Positions 29,434-38,845 of a stretch of DNA of 64,000 nt are shown here, in pieces (position 1 is the first letter of the stretch; the number at the start of each line of letters is the position of its first letter). The stretch covers positions 32,001 to 96,000 of the forward strand of contig WJMJ01000148.1 in assembly GCA_014728035.1 (NCBI GenBank), read 5' to 3'. The translations under genes and the position numbers were made by a program. The notes beneath the pieces are model-generated. The model made no database searches. It was given only the letters and a program-made list of their open reading frames with translations, and was not told the DNA's origin. Origin of the DNA: Promethearchaeota archaeon. GTDB taxonomy: Archaea; Asgardarchaeota; Thorarchaeia; Thorarchaeales; Thorarchaeaceae.

Positions 29434-30825
29434 ATGATTCGAAAATTCTTTACCATAATTTTCTTACTTACATTTCTTATTCCTTTCTTTCCACCTGAGA
29501 TTTCAAGTGTAAATGATTCTAGGGCAATGCAGACTGACTATGAATCACAAATTGCATTTGAAGAATGTACTTCTATAATCGTCACAGGTTCAGCAGCTAA
29601 GGATGGTAGAGCAATCCTCATGAAGACCAGAGACTCAGCACAGACCATTAACGTTCCAGTATATCATCCTGCAACAGATGATACCTATGCTTTCGTTGCT
29701 GTAAACTCGATGTGGATGGGAATCAATGAAAAAGGGTTAGCAGTTATGAACACTGCAATGCCTGCACTATCGGATAATGCAGATCTTGGTTCTTTAAATG
29801 GAATTGTAAACAGAAGGATATTGGAGAGGTGTTCGAACATTAGTGATGTTCTAAGGCAACTTAGAGCAAAGGATAATCCGATAATAGATACATCAGTGGG
29901 AACTATTGCGTCTTGTATCGGATTAGTAGATGCAAATGGGGAAGGAGCATTTTTAGAAACTAGTAATACATTTTCGTCAATTGAATACGTGATAGATGGA
30001 TTTCAATCACGAGCAAACCATCCGCGTACATATCCAGGCCTCGCTAGTGGACCTAGCGGCAGGGATCAATATGCGTTAGATGCTCTGAATGCAATCTATA
30101 CGGTAGAAGGAGAGATTTCATGGCAAGATGTGGCACAAAACGTTTCGAGATACGTAAACAACAAGGAATTGGGAGAGACTGTATTTTCGATTTCAGGAGA
30201 AATATGTAATCAAAATACTGTCGCAGCTATGGTCGCCGTATCGGGAGATGATAGATACGATGGAGCTCTGAACGCTATCTGGTGTTCTTATGGTCGAACA
30301 CCTATCGTGAGTGTATTTTTACCTTCAATAGTCGCTGCGGGTTCAACACCAACAATTTTGAACGATATGTATTCTTATACTGAAGAGAAGAGAGATTATG
30401 CTTCTCAAGATGGGATATTGTATAATCCACGAGTAGTTGAAGAAATACAGGATTACGCTTTTTCAGCAGAAGATTACACTTTTGAACAATATGATAGACT
30501 CATGGAAAAAATTCCAGTTGGATTATCACAGTCAGATTTACAAGCTACAACATCAGATTTCATCGATCTTACTGTAACGGTTGGAGCTGATATGTATGTC
30601 AATGAAACCGAAAGTCTTCCAGAGTATGCAACTTCATTTGATATTACCATTCCACCTTCAAATCTGGTGACCTCAGTAACTTCTAGTTCAACCACAACTA
30701 CTTCAGGAAACTCAAATAATACCCCAATTGGAACAGATGCTCTTGGATATATTGGGGCTACTATTGGAATTGGAGTAATTTCAGTCATAATCATTGCTCT
30801 CTACAAGAAGTGGAAAACTACCTAG
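29434..30825 (+). CDS. membrane-anchored Ntn hydrolase (C45/C69-like)
   Basis: Signal peptide, then E-CTSIIV.G....DG...MKTRD (N-terminal Cys nucleophile), GINEKGLAV, RANH; C-terminal TM. Confidence 0.8.
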   Translation: MIRKFFTIIFLLTFLIPFFPPEISSVNDSRAMQTDYESQIAFEECTSIIVTGSAAKDGRAILMKTRDSAQTINVPVYHPATDDTYAFVAVNSMWMGINEKGLAVMNTAMPALSDNADLGSLNGIVNRRILERCSNISDVLRQLRAKDNPIIDTSVGTIASCIGLVDANGEGAFLETSNTFSSIEYVIDGFQSRANHPRTYPGLASGPSGRDQYALDALNAIYTVEGEISWQDVAQNVSRYVNNKELGETVFSISGEICNQNTVAAMVAVSGDDRYDGALNAIWCSYGRTPIVSVFLPSIVAAGSTPTILNDMYSYTEEKRDYASQDGILYNPRVVEEIQDYAFSAEDYTFEQYDRLMEKIPVGLSQSDLQATTSDFIDLTVTVGADMYVNETESLPEYATSFDITIPPSNLVTSVTSSSTTTTSGNSNNTPIGTDALGYIGATIGIGVISVIIIALYKKWKTT

Positions 30826-30946
30826 CTATAAGATGAAATGAATATTCTGGGAGATTCCAAGTTCTTGAACTAAACGAAAAGTCAAAGAAATTTATGATGG
30901 AAGAAAACCTATCAAATCTAAAGATATACTTCAGTTAAATAGATAA

Positions 30947-32173
30947 TTAGTGAGCTTTGGTTTCTTTCACTTCAATATATGGTAACTCTATACGAAATGC
31001 TGCTCCCTTATCGTATTCATCCTCAAGGAGATACATCTTCCCTCCATACGTTTCAACAATCTTCCTTGATAGGTAGAGACCTAGACCCCCTTCTTCTTTT
31101 GTGGATGTTCCACGGTCAAATAAGGTATCACGTAATTCTACTGGAATTCCAGGTCCATTATCAACAAGGTCTAGCATTATATTTTTATCATCATTGTGCA
31201 TTATGATTTTTATTTCCAATAGATTATCAACATGCTGTGATGCATTTCTAATCAGATTTTCGAAGACAAATGGAAGTAACAATCTACCAGTTGTTGAAAA
31301 TTTTTCAATCTCGCAATTATCATGATAAATGATTTTTGCAGAAGGATAACTACCCCGTGCATCTTGAATAACCGTTTCAATAACTTCTCGTAAATCACTT
31401 TCAAATTTGTTGCTGGATTTTGATAGAGATTGCAGCAATCTAAGCATTCTATTTGATACATTCTCTATTGTTGTCAGAGATTCATTGACGGGCCCATCGG
31501 TTTCTGCAAGTGTACCAGCAATATCAAGTTCTCCAAAGATAACCTGCAAATCATTGATCAAGTCGTGTCGAAGCAATGAAGTATAGAGATCTAATTCTGT
31601 AGCAGTTTCCAACAGCTTTCTCCGACTGACTCGAAGTTCGTTCTCAACCTTATTTCGTCTCAGTCCAATTGCAACAAGATTTGATAATGCCATAACGGTT
31701 TTAGCATCTTCCTCTGTAAACGGAGTTGGTTTGTTCGCAAGACCAATAAGACCTTCAGCTTTACCAGCAATAACTAAGGGCCCAAACATTACATTTTGCA
31801 AATCCACATGTCCTTCAGGCATAAACTTGACCCATTCAGAATCCATGAACGAATTATCATATGCAGGACTGTTCTCACGATAGGCTATAGAACGTAGTCC
31901 TCTTATTGGCATCGGAAGGCTTTCATCAACTGTGCATGGAAGTCCCCCTGCATCAAGAAAAAGAACTTCATTCTCACTTCCATCTTCAGAAAGTAAAGCC
32001 ACATAACCAGATTGTGCACCTGTGAGTTCTTTTGCGATATCGAAAACCGCTCGGGCACCTTCTACAAAATTCTCAGCTTGTAATACTGCTGATGCAGCTT
32101 CTAGCAATTTCTGACTTTGAAATTCAACTTTTTCCAATTTGCTAGAAATCAAGTTAAAATCTTCTCGTCCCAT
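30947..32173 (-). CDS. GAF-domain sensor histidine kinase
   Basis: GAF (GYVALL...GLIGLANKPTPFT), H-box LRHDLIN, N-box FENLIRNA, DNGPGIP, GLGLYLS; no cognate response regulator adjacent. Confidence 0.92.
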   Translation of the reverse strand: MGREDFNLISSKLEKVEFQSQKLLEAASAVLQAENFVEGARAVFDIAKELTGAQSGYVALLSEDGSENEVLFLDAGGLPCTVDESLPMPIRGLRSIAYRENSPAYDNSFMDSEWVKFMPEGHVDLQNVMFGPLVIAGKAEGLIGLANKPTPFTEEDAKTVMALSNLVAIGLRRNKVENELRVSRRKLLETATELDLYTSLLRHDLINDLQVIFGELDIAGTLAETDGPVNESLTTIENVSNRMLRLLQSLSKSSNKFESDLREVIETVIQDARGSYPSAKIIYHDNCEIEKFSTTGRLLLPFVFENLIRNASQHVDNLLEIKIIMHNDDKNIMLDLVDNGPGIPVELRDTLFDRGTSTKEEGGLGLYLSRKIVETYGGKMYLLEDEYDKGAAFRIELPYIEVKETKAH

Positions 32174-32295
32174 TGAATCACATTCTTGATTCTTTTAGAC
32201 ACACAAAGTAGGATAAAGCTACAATCAATATTAGCATTGCTCTGATGCTATCAAGTCTAACTCTAGTAAATTGCTAAAACAGAATGATACGATGT

Positions 32296-32314
32296 AAAAG
32301 GAATATTCTATATA
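32296..32314 (+). promoter_or_regulatory. BRE/TATA promoter shared with the paralogue at 33820
   Basis: AAAAGGAATATTCTATATA about 30 bp upstream of the ATG; near-identical AAAAGAATATTCTATATA at 33770-33787. Confidence 0.6.
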
Positions 32315-32344
32315 GTCGATTTACAGTCCCCAGATAGAACTCTT

Positions 32345-32905
32345 ATGACTTCAACTTATTTCCAACGTCTAGAAAGGTTGAAAAATAGTATCGAAAAGGA
32401 AATGGTGCCTCTTCAAGAACTTCCTGATGAATTCGCGTTTTTCTCTTTAGAAGCTAGAAATCTAGATGGAGAATCTAGAAATAAAGCTCTTGGTATCATA
32501 TCTGAGATAATTGACATATCTATTGAAAAGACCAGACTAGATATTGCAGGATTGATAGGTGTTGTAGGTGGACATATTGTCGAATTAGATCAAACTGATC
32601 CAATGATAATCTTTCCTCAAACATACAATCTTTTTATGAACGTACTTAATATCGCAAAACCAATACTCAAGATTTACAAATATAATCCAAATCAAGACCC
32701 ACATGAACTCAACAAGCAATATCCTGAAAGATTCTTTGCATGGTTGGTCCTAGATGATGCGTGGCGTCCAATCTATGCGATTGTTTCAAATTCTGAAAAA
32801 GCGAGAAATATGTTATCTAATAACTCACAATTTCTAAAATTTCTTACACCTTATTTAGAATATCATGAAGGATGCAAAAAGATTCATCGAGTATTAAAAC
32901 AATAA
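32345..32905 (+). CDS. uncharacterised helical protein, paralogue 1 of a three-member family
   Basis: MTSTYFQ...DIAGLIGVVG...AKPIL..Y..NPN...FAW.VLD.AW...YHEGCKKIHRVLKQ shared with 33820 and 34842. Confidence 0.8.
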   Translation: MTSTYFQRLERLKNSIEKEMVPLQELPDEFAFFSLEARNLDGESRNKALGIISEIIDISIEKTRLDIAGLIGVVGGHIVELDQTDPMIIFPQTYNLFMNVLNIAKPILKIYKYNPNQDPHELNKQYPERFFAWLVLDDAWRPIYAIVSNSEKARNMLSNNSQFLKFLTPYLEYHEGCKKIHRVLKQ

Positions 32906-33101
32906 GCATTTCAAAACAGAAACAGACTTCTCAGTAATCTAAATATAAACCAAGATTACTGTTAGATCAAAAAATAGATTATTCATTTTCATGATTTTGC
33001 TGAATACAATTAATTTATGAGGTGTTCAGTATTGCAAAAACATAATTCACTTATTACTAATTGAAAATCCTATTACATTAGTAGTACTTCAAGGTGTTTC
33101 T

Positions 33102-33593
33102 ATGAATCAAACACAAACAGACAAGGATAAACTGGTCAATCTTATCAAAACCTCATCCATGAGTTCTATCGACATAATGAGTGAAAGATTAGAAATTTCA
33201 GTAGAGGAAACACTAGCCCTTATTCATGAAGCAATAGATGAAGGTTTGATTCAAGGTACAATCACTGAAGACGAATCAAGATTCTATAGGACAGATATAG
33301 ATGAAAGCTCTGAACCCAGCAGCCAGAAAGAAATTGAGATATTGAAGATTTCCTCTCCAGTTGGAAAGTACGTTATCATCATTGGGTTTGCATCATTCAT
33401 CGCTGGACAGGTTCTCGTAAGGTTAGAGGATATAGCATTTTCATACGACTTGGGAGCTTCTCTAGTTGTTGGTAGCCTTTTCATTATTGCTCTAGGTATG
33501 TTCTTTGCAAGTAGAGTGAGAACTGAGAAGAGAGAATACTACCCAGAATCTTCTGCTAGAAAAGAGAGGACCATGCCAGAGAAGTATAGCTAG
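33102..33593 (+). CDS. PCI/DDRGK-like winged-helix protein with two TM helices
   Basis: SSIDIMSERLEISVEETLALIHEAIDEGLIQGTITEDESRFY; paralogue of 7730-8170. Confidence 0.75.
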   Translation: MNQTQTDKDKLVNLIKTSSMSSIDIMSERLEISVEETLALIHEAIDEGLIQGTITEDESRFYRTDIDESSEPSSQKEIEILKISSPVGKYVIIIGFASFIAGQVLVRLEDIAFSYDLGASLVVGSLFIIALGMFFASRVRTEKREYYPESSARKERTMPEKYS

Positions 33594-33819
33594 CCTCTTA
33601 ACAAAGATTGCAACCAGTCAACATTTGATCAAACTGAGATTCATTCAACTGTATCAGAATGCGGTTTCGCAAAATCCATGTTATAAAAGAAAAAAGCAAA
33701 TTTCCCATTACTCAATTGGAATAAAATCTACATCATGTGATCATTAAATTATTTACCAGTCTAATTCAGAAAAGAATATTCTATATATGGGAGGTTTATT
33801 CTCAAAGTAGGGAATCTAA

Positions 33820-34836
33820 ATGACTTCAGCGTATTTTCAACATCTAGAAGAATTACAAAAGCAAATAGACAAGCAAAATGTGACTTCAGAACAGTTAGCA
33901 TCCACTTTCCTATATTTGGTATCTAGCGCAAAAAATCTTGATGTTGAATCTCAAAACGAAGCTGTTGTTAAAATATCCGAGTTAGTAGAATTTGCAAGTG
34001 TGAAAGGAAGTCCTGAGCTAGGAGCTATGCTTGGGATAATTGGTGGAGCAATCATTGAACTCAAAAAAGCAAATCCAATTCTATTACTACCCCAAGTATA
34101 CACACTCATGATGAATATGCTTCATCATGCAAAACCCATTCTAGAAATCTACGCTAATAATCCAAATCCGGACAAACGAGAGTTAAAGCAGAGTAACCCA
34201 CAATCCTTCTATGCTTGGGAGGTTCTTGATAAAGCATGGTTACCTCTCACAACAATCTTTACACACAGTCAACAAGCAAGAGAGAAAATACGAAAGGATA
34301 AGAAATTCCTCGAATTTCTGGAGCCATATGTAAGTCATCACGAAGGATGCATGTGGATATACAGAGCTCTTCATATTTATGATGGAGAGATAATGGTCTT
34401 TCATCCTGAACAGATGTTAGGATATCGAATTATGGTTGAAGATATTGACCACCCATTTACATTATCTAACTTGCTGACTGAGAAGCTAGTAGGAGACCCC
34501 ACTCAAGGATGCATTCCCAAGAAACCAAAGAGCTCCGATATCGCTCAATTCTGGATTTATAATTGGGAGGTTTTGAAAGAGATGCCAGAAGATTTCAAAG
34601 ACCTTTCTGTAATGAAATATCTTAAGAGTCCAGCTTATATGGGTAGTGAAAGCTGGATGTTTGATCTTTCGTTCTATAATGGTATTCCAGTTCTTGTTCT
34701 GATTGACACGGACTTCAAATTTGGTTTTAATATTCCTGGTTCATTTCCCGAGCTCTCATCAAAAATTACAATACTCGAAACTCTTGATAGAACATCCGTA
34801 CAAGATTGGTTATCGAAATTACGAAATACGGAGTAG
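33820..34836 (+). CDS. uncharacterised protein, long paralogue 2 with an extra C-terminal domain
   Basis: N-terminal ~185 aa align with 32345-32905; about 150 additional residues. Confidence 0.8.
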   Translation: MTSAYFQHLEELQKQIDKQNVTSEQLASTFLYLVSSAKNLDVESQNEAVVKISELVEFASVKGSPELGAMLGIIGGAIIELKKANPILLLPQVYTLMMNMLHHAKPILEIYANNPNPDKRELKQSNPQSFYAWEVLDKAWLPLTTIFTHSQQAREKIRKDKKFLEFLEPYVSHHEGCMWIYRALHIYDGEIMVFHPEQMLGYRIMVEDIDHPFTLSNLLTEKLVGDPTQGCIPKKPKSSDIAQFWIYNWEVLKEMPEDFKDLSVMKYLKSPAYMGSESWMFDLSFYNGIPVLVLIDTDFKFGFNIPGSFPELSSKITILETLDRTSVQDWLSKLRNTE

Positions 34837-34841
34837 GTTTT

Positions 34842-35600
34842 GTGCAAGATAGAATAAAAGAAATGTACTTTCAATTCCTTATTGGACTTAAAGAACATGT
34901 AATAGCTGATAATGACCAGATACCAAATCTAGCAGACGTGCTTTCGTTCCTGCATACTATTGGTCCCAGATTAGAAATGGAACTTCAGGAAAAAGCGTTG
35001 ACGGACATTGCTGAAATCATGCAAATATCAGTTAGGATGGGACGTCTCGATATAGCTGGTTTAATCGGTGTTGTAGGTAGTGCGATAGTGAAACAAGAAG
35101 AAGTCTACTCAGTTCAGTATGTTAACCAAGTTTTTAATCTATTTATGAACTGCCTTAATATAGCTAAACCAATACTCCGTGAATACGAACAGAATCCAAA
35201 TCTTAATCTGAATATTTTGAGAAAGAAAGAACCTGAAAGACATTTTGCATGGGATGTGCTAGATGACATATGGCGAGCAATGTATGCGATACTCGTACAT
35301 AGTGAAAAAACAAGAGTGGTTCTTAAAGATAATCAAAAATTGCGTGATTTTCTTGGACTATATGTTGGATATCATGAAGGGTTGAAGTCAGTTACTGAAA
35401 ACTTAGACATATGTGGACACGATACGATAGGAGTTTATATGGGCTGATACTGAATGAATGTCTGGTTACCAGACACACATTCCCTGACCAGGACCGAGCC
35501 AGTTCCAGTACCGTTTCTGGACGAACAACGCTCGGGTGTCCAAGTTTGTCCAACTAATAATGAACGGTGTAAGCAAATTTATGATATACTACAGAATTAG
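34842..35600 (+). pseudogene. paralogue 3, interrupted near its 3' end by the 183-bp element (reads into the element and stops at 35447)
   Basis: Deleting 35383-35568 gives CAT GAA GGG TGT AAG CAA ATT TAT GAT ATA CTA CAG AAT TAG = HEGCKQIYDILQN*, matching HEGCKKIHRVLKQ* of paralogue 1 in length and motif. The altered protein may still be functional. Confidence 0.75.
35383..35565 (+). mobile_element. copy A of the 183-bp non-autonomous element, flanked by GGT direct repeats
   Basis: GGT at 35380-35382 and 35566-35568; ungapped homology to 47514-47696 in inverted orientation; removal restores the host ORF. Confidence 0.88.
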
Positions 35601-35723
35601 AACTTTTCACTAGTGTAAGTTGATTGCATTGATATGAACTTTTTATTGGTCAAGAATCATTGACTAGCTGGTCAAGGTTGATAGAATAATATTCTTTCTA
35701 CCCACTTACTAATGTGAATAAAA

Positions 35724-36188
35724 ATGACGGATGAAGTATTTGATGCAATATCGCACCCAATAAGAATTAGACTCTTAAAAGCACTTACTGGAAAACCTAT
35801 TGGATTTGCAGATTTAAAACGTCAATTAAAGATAGATAGTAGTGGCCAGCTTGATTTTCATCTTAAGAAGATGCAACCTCTAATCGATATCACAGATCAT
35901 GGACTTTACACTTTGAATAGTCAAGGCTATGCAGCGCTAACTGCAGTGGGAGTAGTCTCCAAACACGGTTGGCAAAGAAGAGCACTTATTCTGAATATAG
36001 TAGTATATATCATTCTGAATCTTTTCATGCTCAGTCTTGTTATTCAAGGGTTACATCTTATTTTGTACCTTATTGTTTTCTTAGCTCTAACAGCCTGGAT
36101 TCTGTTCTATGGCTATTGGAATCTTGTCAAAAGGAGAGTACAACTAAAGGATGAATCCACAATGAAATATAGAGTTAAGGAGGACTAA
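35724..36188 (+). CDS. ArsR-like winged-HTH regulator with two C-terminal TM helices
   Basis: FDAISHPIRIRLLKAL...FADLKRQL.IDSSGQLDFHLKKM...YTLN..G, then two hydrophobic helices; first gene of the ABC operon. Confidence 0.85.
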   Translation: MTDEVFDAISHPIRIRLLKALTGKPIGFADLKRQLKIDSSGQLDFHLKKMQPLIDITDHGLYTLNSQGYAALTAVGVVSKHGWQRRALILNIVVYIILNLFMLSLVIQGLHLILYLIVFLALTAWILFYGYWNLVKRRVQLKDESTMKYRVKED

Positions 36189-36190
36189 CA

Positions 36191-36970
36191 ATATCAGCAA
36201 TAGAAATTAAGAATTTGACAAAGAGTTATGGAGAACTTGTAGCCGTTAGTGATTTATCCTTTGAAGTACATGAAGGAGAAATCTATGGATTACTAGGTCC
36301 CAACGGTGCAGGAAAAAGTACAACCCTGAAAGTCATGATGGGTTTACTGAAACCTGACAAAGGTACTACTAAGATTTTTGGAATAGACTCGCAAGAAGAT
36401 CCTGTCGGAGCAAAGAGTCTAGTTGGTTACGCACCTGAGGAAAAATCTCTTTATGAATCTCTCACAGCCAGAGAACTTTTCGAGTTTGTTGCTTCAGTTA
36501 GGAATATACCAGAGCAAAGATGCAACCAACGACTGGAAGAAATGGTCAAAGCACTCGATTTTCAAGAACATGTTGATAAAATGATAGTGACTTTGTCAGC
36601 AGGAAACAAGCAAAAAGCTCTATTAATCTCAATCATGCTCCATGCACCAAAACTACTGATTCTTGATGAACCATTCTCGGGACTTGATGTACGAACAGCT
36701 CGAATCATGAAGGAAGTGGTCAAGATTCATACACAAAACGGTGGTTCGGTCTTATTGAGTACACACATTATGGAAGTAGCTGAAGGTCTCTGTGATCGAA
36801 TTGGGATAATTGACGATGGGAAGCTTGTCGGACAAGGTACTATGACTGAATTGAGAACACAGGCCAAAGAAGAGAGCGCTACCCTTGAACAATTGTTTCT
36901 TAGATTGACTGGACAAGAGGATGAAGTCGAGATAGGAATAGATTCTCTCAAGGAGGCTCTACAGGAGTGA
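36191..36970 (+). CDS. ABC transporter ATP-binding protein (start uncertain: ATA 36191 or TTG 36215)
   Basis: Walker A GPNGAGKST, signature LSAGNKQK, Walker B LLILDEP, STH switch. Confidence 0.93.
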   Translation: MSAIEIKNLTKSYGELVAVSDLSFEVHEGEIYGLLGPNGAGKSTTLKVMMGLLKPDKGTTKIFGIDSQEDPVGAKSLVGYAPEEKSLYESLTARELFEFVASVRNIPEQRCNQRLEEMVKALDFQEHVDKMIVTLSAGNKQKALLISIMLHAPKLLILDEPFSGLDVRTARIMKEVVKIHTQNGGSVLLSTHIMEVAEGLCDRIGIIDDGKLVGQGTMTELRTQAKEESATLEQLFLRLTGQEDEVEIGIDSLKEALQE

Positions 36971-38601
36971 AATTGCGAGAGCTATGGCGTCTTGCAGGTA
37001 CGGTCTCATTAGAGGCTCGTTTCAGGGGGTATCTAGACTCGAATCCAACCTATAGAACAAGAATCGAGGAGGAACCGGATAAAGTAATGGATAGTATCCG
37101 TGCTTCTAATCGGATTAATATTCTATTCTCTGTACTCATTATTGGAGTTTTATCGATACTCTCAATCACGACAATTATGGAATACATTGCATCAAATGCG
37201 TACTATGCGCTATCAATCTCTGTTGGTGTATACTTCAGTATATCCTTCGTTCTAATCTTCTTCATCTACTTGATGTTCACTACAGGTTTCTATTTGTCAG
37301 GTGTGACAGATTTCATCTCAACACTACCTTTTTCACGAAAGGATATTGAGAATCTGACATTTTTGGGATTTATCCGAGTTCTTATAGCTCCTGCATTATT
37401 GATATGCTCTCTATATCCGCTCCTTATGGGACTTGAGTTTGGTCTAGTAACTGGTCTTGTAACATTGATTTGTTGTATTTTAACAAGTATACTCTCAATA
37501 TCCGTTCTTCTATTGGTCTCAAAATGGTATCATGTTAAGACACATTCAGTTTCAGAATCGAAATTATCAACCGCGGTTCGAATAATGGCTTCTTTTGGTT
37601 TGATTCTAGGAATGGTAGGAGTTTATAGTGTAAACAGTTATCTACCACAAATTGTAACCTTTTTCATTGGATTAACTGAAGGGGGTTCTAGTCTTCTAGT
37701 CACATTACTTTCATTAGTTGTACCGTTCACATTTGGCTTTTTGATATCCACTATCACATTTGGAACCGTTGGTACACCGTTATTGATGACAATTGCGATT
37801 GCAGGTAGCTTCATTTATGGAATTTTGACAATCCATGCTTTTAGGGCCGGTATGACTGCTTTAAGGATGGCAGTTTCAGGAGGTCTCAAAACAGAAGCGA
37901 GCTCCATCGAGAGAAAACTAGTTATCCATCCACAAACCCCAATTCGAGGAATCATCCAAAAAGATATGCGACTTGCAAACCGAAATTTAGGATCAATTGT
38001 AATGGTGGTTATTCCAATTATGTTCCTTTTTACCATGCTTCCAGCATTATTTGCTATGATTGAAGATGTCATGCATAGTTTTGTCATCCTTCTATATACA
38101 GGACAACTAGTAGGTTTCTCTGGATTATCATATATCGGATTGATATCCATAGATGAACAGGGATCTTCAATTATTGAAGGACTACCAATCACTATCTATG
38201 ACAATATCCGAGCAAAAGCAAGTATCTATGCCATTCCTTATGCTATTATGGCTATTCTACTTTCCTTTTTGAGTCTGCTATTTGATGTAACGTCACCACT
38301 CATACGCTTTGTACCTCTCCTTATTGCACCATATGGATTGGTAGTAGGATTAACAGTTGGAGCAGTTCTATATAGATTTAGATCTAGGGAAGGAGGTGTT
38401 GGACTAGGATCAACTGATTTTCGTCTTACTGCTATCTCGGTTCTTACCGCGGGAGGAATTTCATCTATTCCCCTTGCTGGGTACGCTCTGACTCTTCTTG
38501 CAACTTGGAATCATCTCTTAGCAGTTCTTGTAGAAGGATTGGTTGTCATCCTAATGCTTGTACTCTATAACCGATATTCGCATAGATTAGTTAAAGCGTA
38601 A
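36967..38601 (+). CDS. ABC-2-type permease
   Basis: Multi-TM, GTGA overlap with the ATPase, twin LP motifs and KDMRL..R. Confidence 0.8.
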   Translation: MKLRELWRLAGTVSLEARFRGYLDSNPTYRTRIEEEPDKVMDSIRASNRINILFSVLIIGVLSILSITTIMEYIASNAYYALSISVGVYFSISFVLIFFIYLMFTTGFYLSGVTDFISTLPFSRKDIENLTFLGFIRVLIAPALLICSLYPLLMGLEFGLVTGLVTLICCILTSILSISVLLLVSKWYHVKTHSVSESKLSTAVRIMASFGLILGMVGVYSVNSYLPQIVTFFIGLTEGGSSLLVTLLSLVVPFTFGFLISTITFGTVGTPLLMTIAIAGSFIYGILTIHAFRAGMTALRMAVSGGLKTEASSIERKLVIHPQTPIRGIIQKDMRLANRNLGSIVMVVIPIMFLFTMLPALFAMIEDVMHSFVILLYTGQLVGFSGLSYIGLISIDEQGSSIIEGLPITIYDNIRAKASIYAIPYAIMAILLSFLSLLFDVTSPLIRFVPLLIAPYGLVVGLTVGAVLYRFRSREGGVGLGSTDFRLTAISVLTAGGISSIPLAGYALTLLATWNHLLAVLVEGLVVILMLVLYNRYSHRLVKA

Positions 38602-38845
38602 TTTTGGAATCATGGGAGGTTCTCTCCCATTGTATTTCCTTCTTTCAATCGAGTATTTCTATTTTCAACTCTACTATTCATACTAGTAATTGCTAATAGT
38701 CTGAAACTTTTGATAACTGTTGAAAAATAATTTCACAGAAAAAAGTGATTCTTCATAGACTAGTTACTTTTTATCGGTATAAAGTGATTTGAAGATATCA
38801 TCGAAAGCTGCACTTTGAGATAATAAAACTAACTAGCCAACAACA

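Noticed and set aside
35383-35565. Element as a CRISPR repeat, DGR template/variable repeat, or coding repeat
   Set aside because: Copies are dispersed without spacers, differences are not adenine-specific, no reverse transcriptase is present, and the frames checked contain stops or lack starts.
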